Shown: piece by piece, positions 16,818 through 17,701 of the stretch
Layout of the letters: every line of letters starts with the position of its first letter
Position numbering within the stretch: the stretch's first letter is position 1
Assembly (NCBI GenBank): GCA_016930515.1
Contig: JAFGGO010000076.1
Location: 1-17,701, forward strand
Source of the DNA: Promethearchaeota archaeon
Lineage (GTDB): Archaea > Asgardarchaeota > Lokiarchaeia > Sigyniarchaeales > SOKP01
Reading direction: 5' to 3'
Length of the DNA: 17,701 bases
Program-made: the position numbers and the translations under genes
The notes under the pieces: generated by a model
What the model was told of the DNA's origin: nothing
Database searches by the model: none
What the model saw: only the letters and a program-made list of their open reading frames with translations

Positions 16818-17624
16818 TCACTTTTTCGCTTGTTTTATCAAGTAATTTCCAACGATCTCGTGACCGTTTTTGATGTAATTAAAATTTGGTGTTGAGTTTA
16901 TATCGGTTAAATAATATTTACCGTCTTTAGATTTGAGAAAATCTATAGAAGCGATTTTCAAATCCACGGCATTTGCTGCTTTTAAGGCTAATTCTTCGAG
17001 TTCTGAAATTTTATCAATATTTTTTCGAGATTCCATTTTGTTTGGATTTACCAAAACGGGAATTTGTTTGTAAAAAAAAAGTTCTTCTCCGATACAGTAT
17101 ATTTTATATTCCCATTTGCTTTTTATGAATTCTTGATAGAAAAGGTAATGAAATTGGTCTTTCTCCAAGAGTGCTCTCTGATCGTCAACTCGCAAGCGCC
17201 CACCCTTTTTATCTATTCTTGGAGTAAATTGGTAAGTTTTTTGATCAAGAATGTTTTTTGATATGTAATTTTTAAAATTCGGAAAGATGTTTTCGGGATT
17301 TAGAGTATAATTGGGAACGAGGATGCCTGCTCTATCTAAGATAGTAGCATTGATAAATCGATTAAATGCGTTCCAGATCCCCTTATAAGAATTAATTACA
17401 GGAATCGATGTTTCTTTCTCAATAATTTTAACTAAAGATAAAATCACATCTCCCTTTCCTTTCGTAAAGAAGAGATCTTCTTTAAAATCCAAATTGGAAG
17501 AATCCAAGAGATATTCTTCTTCAACATATACGGAAAGATCCACTCTTTTTTTTAAATATTGTACTAATTCGTTAACTTTCCGTTCGTAATGTATCTTATC
17601 AATAATGAGTCCTATTTTAATCAA
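16818..17624 (-). CDS. ATP-grasp fold protein, ITPK1-like inositol-phosphate kinase candidate (RimK-like superfamily)
   Basis: DLFFTKGK, PVINS...FNR, AGILVP, YQEFI, YKIYCIG, SIDFL, YLTDINSTPNF. The ATP-grasp fold is confident; the specific activity is inferred. Confidence 0.8.
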   Translation of the reverse strand: MIKIGLIIDKIHYERKVNELVQYLKKRVDLSVYVEEEYLLDSSNLDFKEDLFFTKGKGDVILSLVKIIEKETSIPVINSYKGIWNAFNRFINATILDRAGILVPNYTLNPENIFPNFKNYISKNILDQKTYQFTPRIDKKGGRLRVDDQRALLEKDQFHYLFYQEFIKSKWEYKIYCIGEELFFYKQIPVLVNPNKMESRKNIDKISELEELALKAANAVDLKIASIDFLKSKDGKYYLTDINSTPNFNYIKNGHEIVGNYLIKQAKK

Positions 17625-17701
17625 TTAAAATAATCAACCAATTATGTATAAATTCTCTCATCCTTATTTCAATTACTTGTTATATATTTATTAATTGTTA
17701 A

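Noticed and set aside
366-17261. Short ORFs overlapping longer genes (e.g. 366-647, 1958-2203, 3462-3818, 7011-7340, 11581-11943, 14858-15277, 15603-15923, 17064-17261)
   Set aside because: Antisense or alternate-frame shadows of well-supported genes, with S/F/I-rich composition typical of reverse-complemented coding DNA.
16028-17624. Graspetide/RiPP biosynthetic cluster
   Set aside because: No precursor peptide, transporter or peptidase visible, and the motifs deviate from peptide-ligase consensus. Sequence right of the window is unseen.
1900-17624. Selenocysteine read-through at TGA stops
   Set aside because: The TGA-ending genes (stops at 2421, 3048, 13208, 16028, 16818) end at natural domain boundaries, and no convincing SECIS-like hairpin follows them.

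Overview
AT-rich, gene-dense archaeal chromosomal segment. It is most consistent with an Asgard archaeon (Lokiarchaeia-like); this is inferred from a proteasome beta subunit, a long-type archaeal FKBP, a BHB-type tRNA intron and several eukaryote-like domains. Left to right: a divergent Acr3/ArsR arsenite-resistance pair; a 2TM-domain + PadR-zinc-ribbon operon; a decayed LRR fragment followed by a soluble LRR-TIR-coiled-coil protein with an intact catalytic-Glu motif; tRNA-Leu(UAA) with a 46-nt non-canonical D-loop intron (21/22); a stand-alone longin/uDENN-like protein; a long coiled-coil protein ending in a winged helix; a stand-alone 7TM protein; an MGMT/Ogt; two tandem paralogous 4TM proteins; proteasome beta; a cytoplasmic GIFT (IFT52/GldG-like) protein coupled to a PflX-type radical SAM; a divergent DUF998-like/TetR pair with palindromic operators; an HhH-FKBP fusion; and two co-transcribed ATP-grasp proteins whose motifs look more like ITPK1 inositol-phosphate kinases than RimK ligases (one intact, one degenerate). 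No integrase, transposase, CRISPR array or rRNA is visible. All family calls are by eye from motifs; no searches were run.
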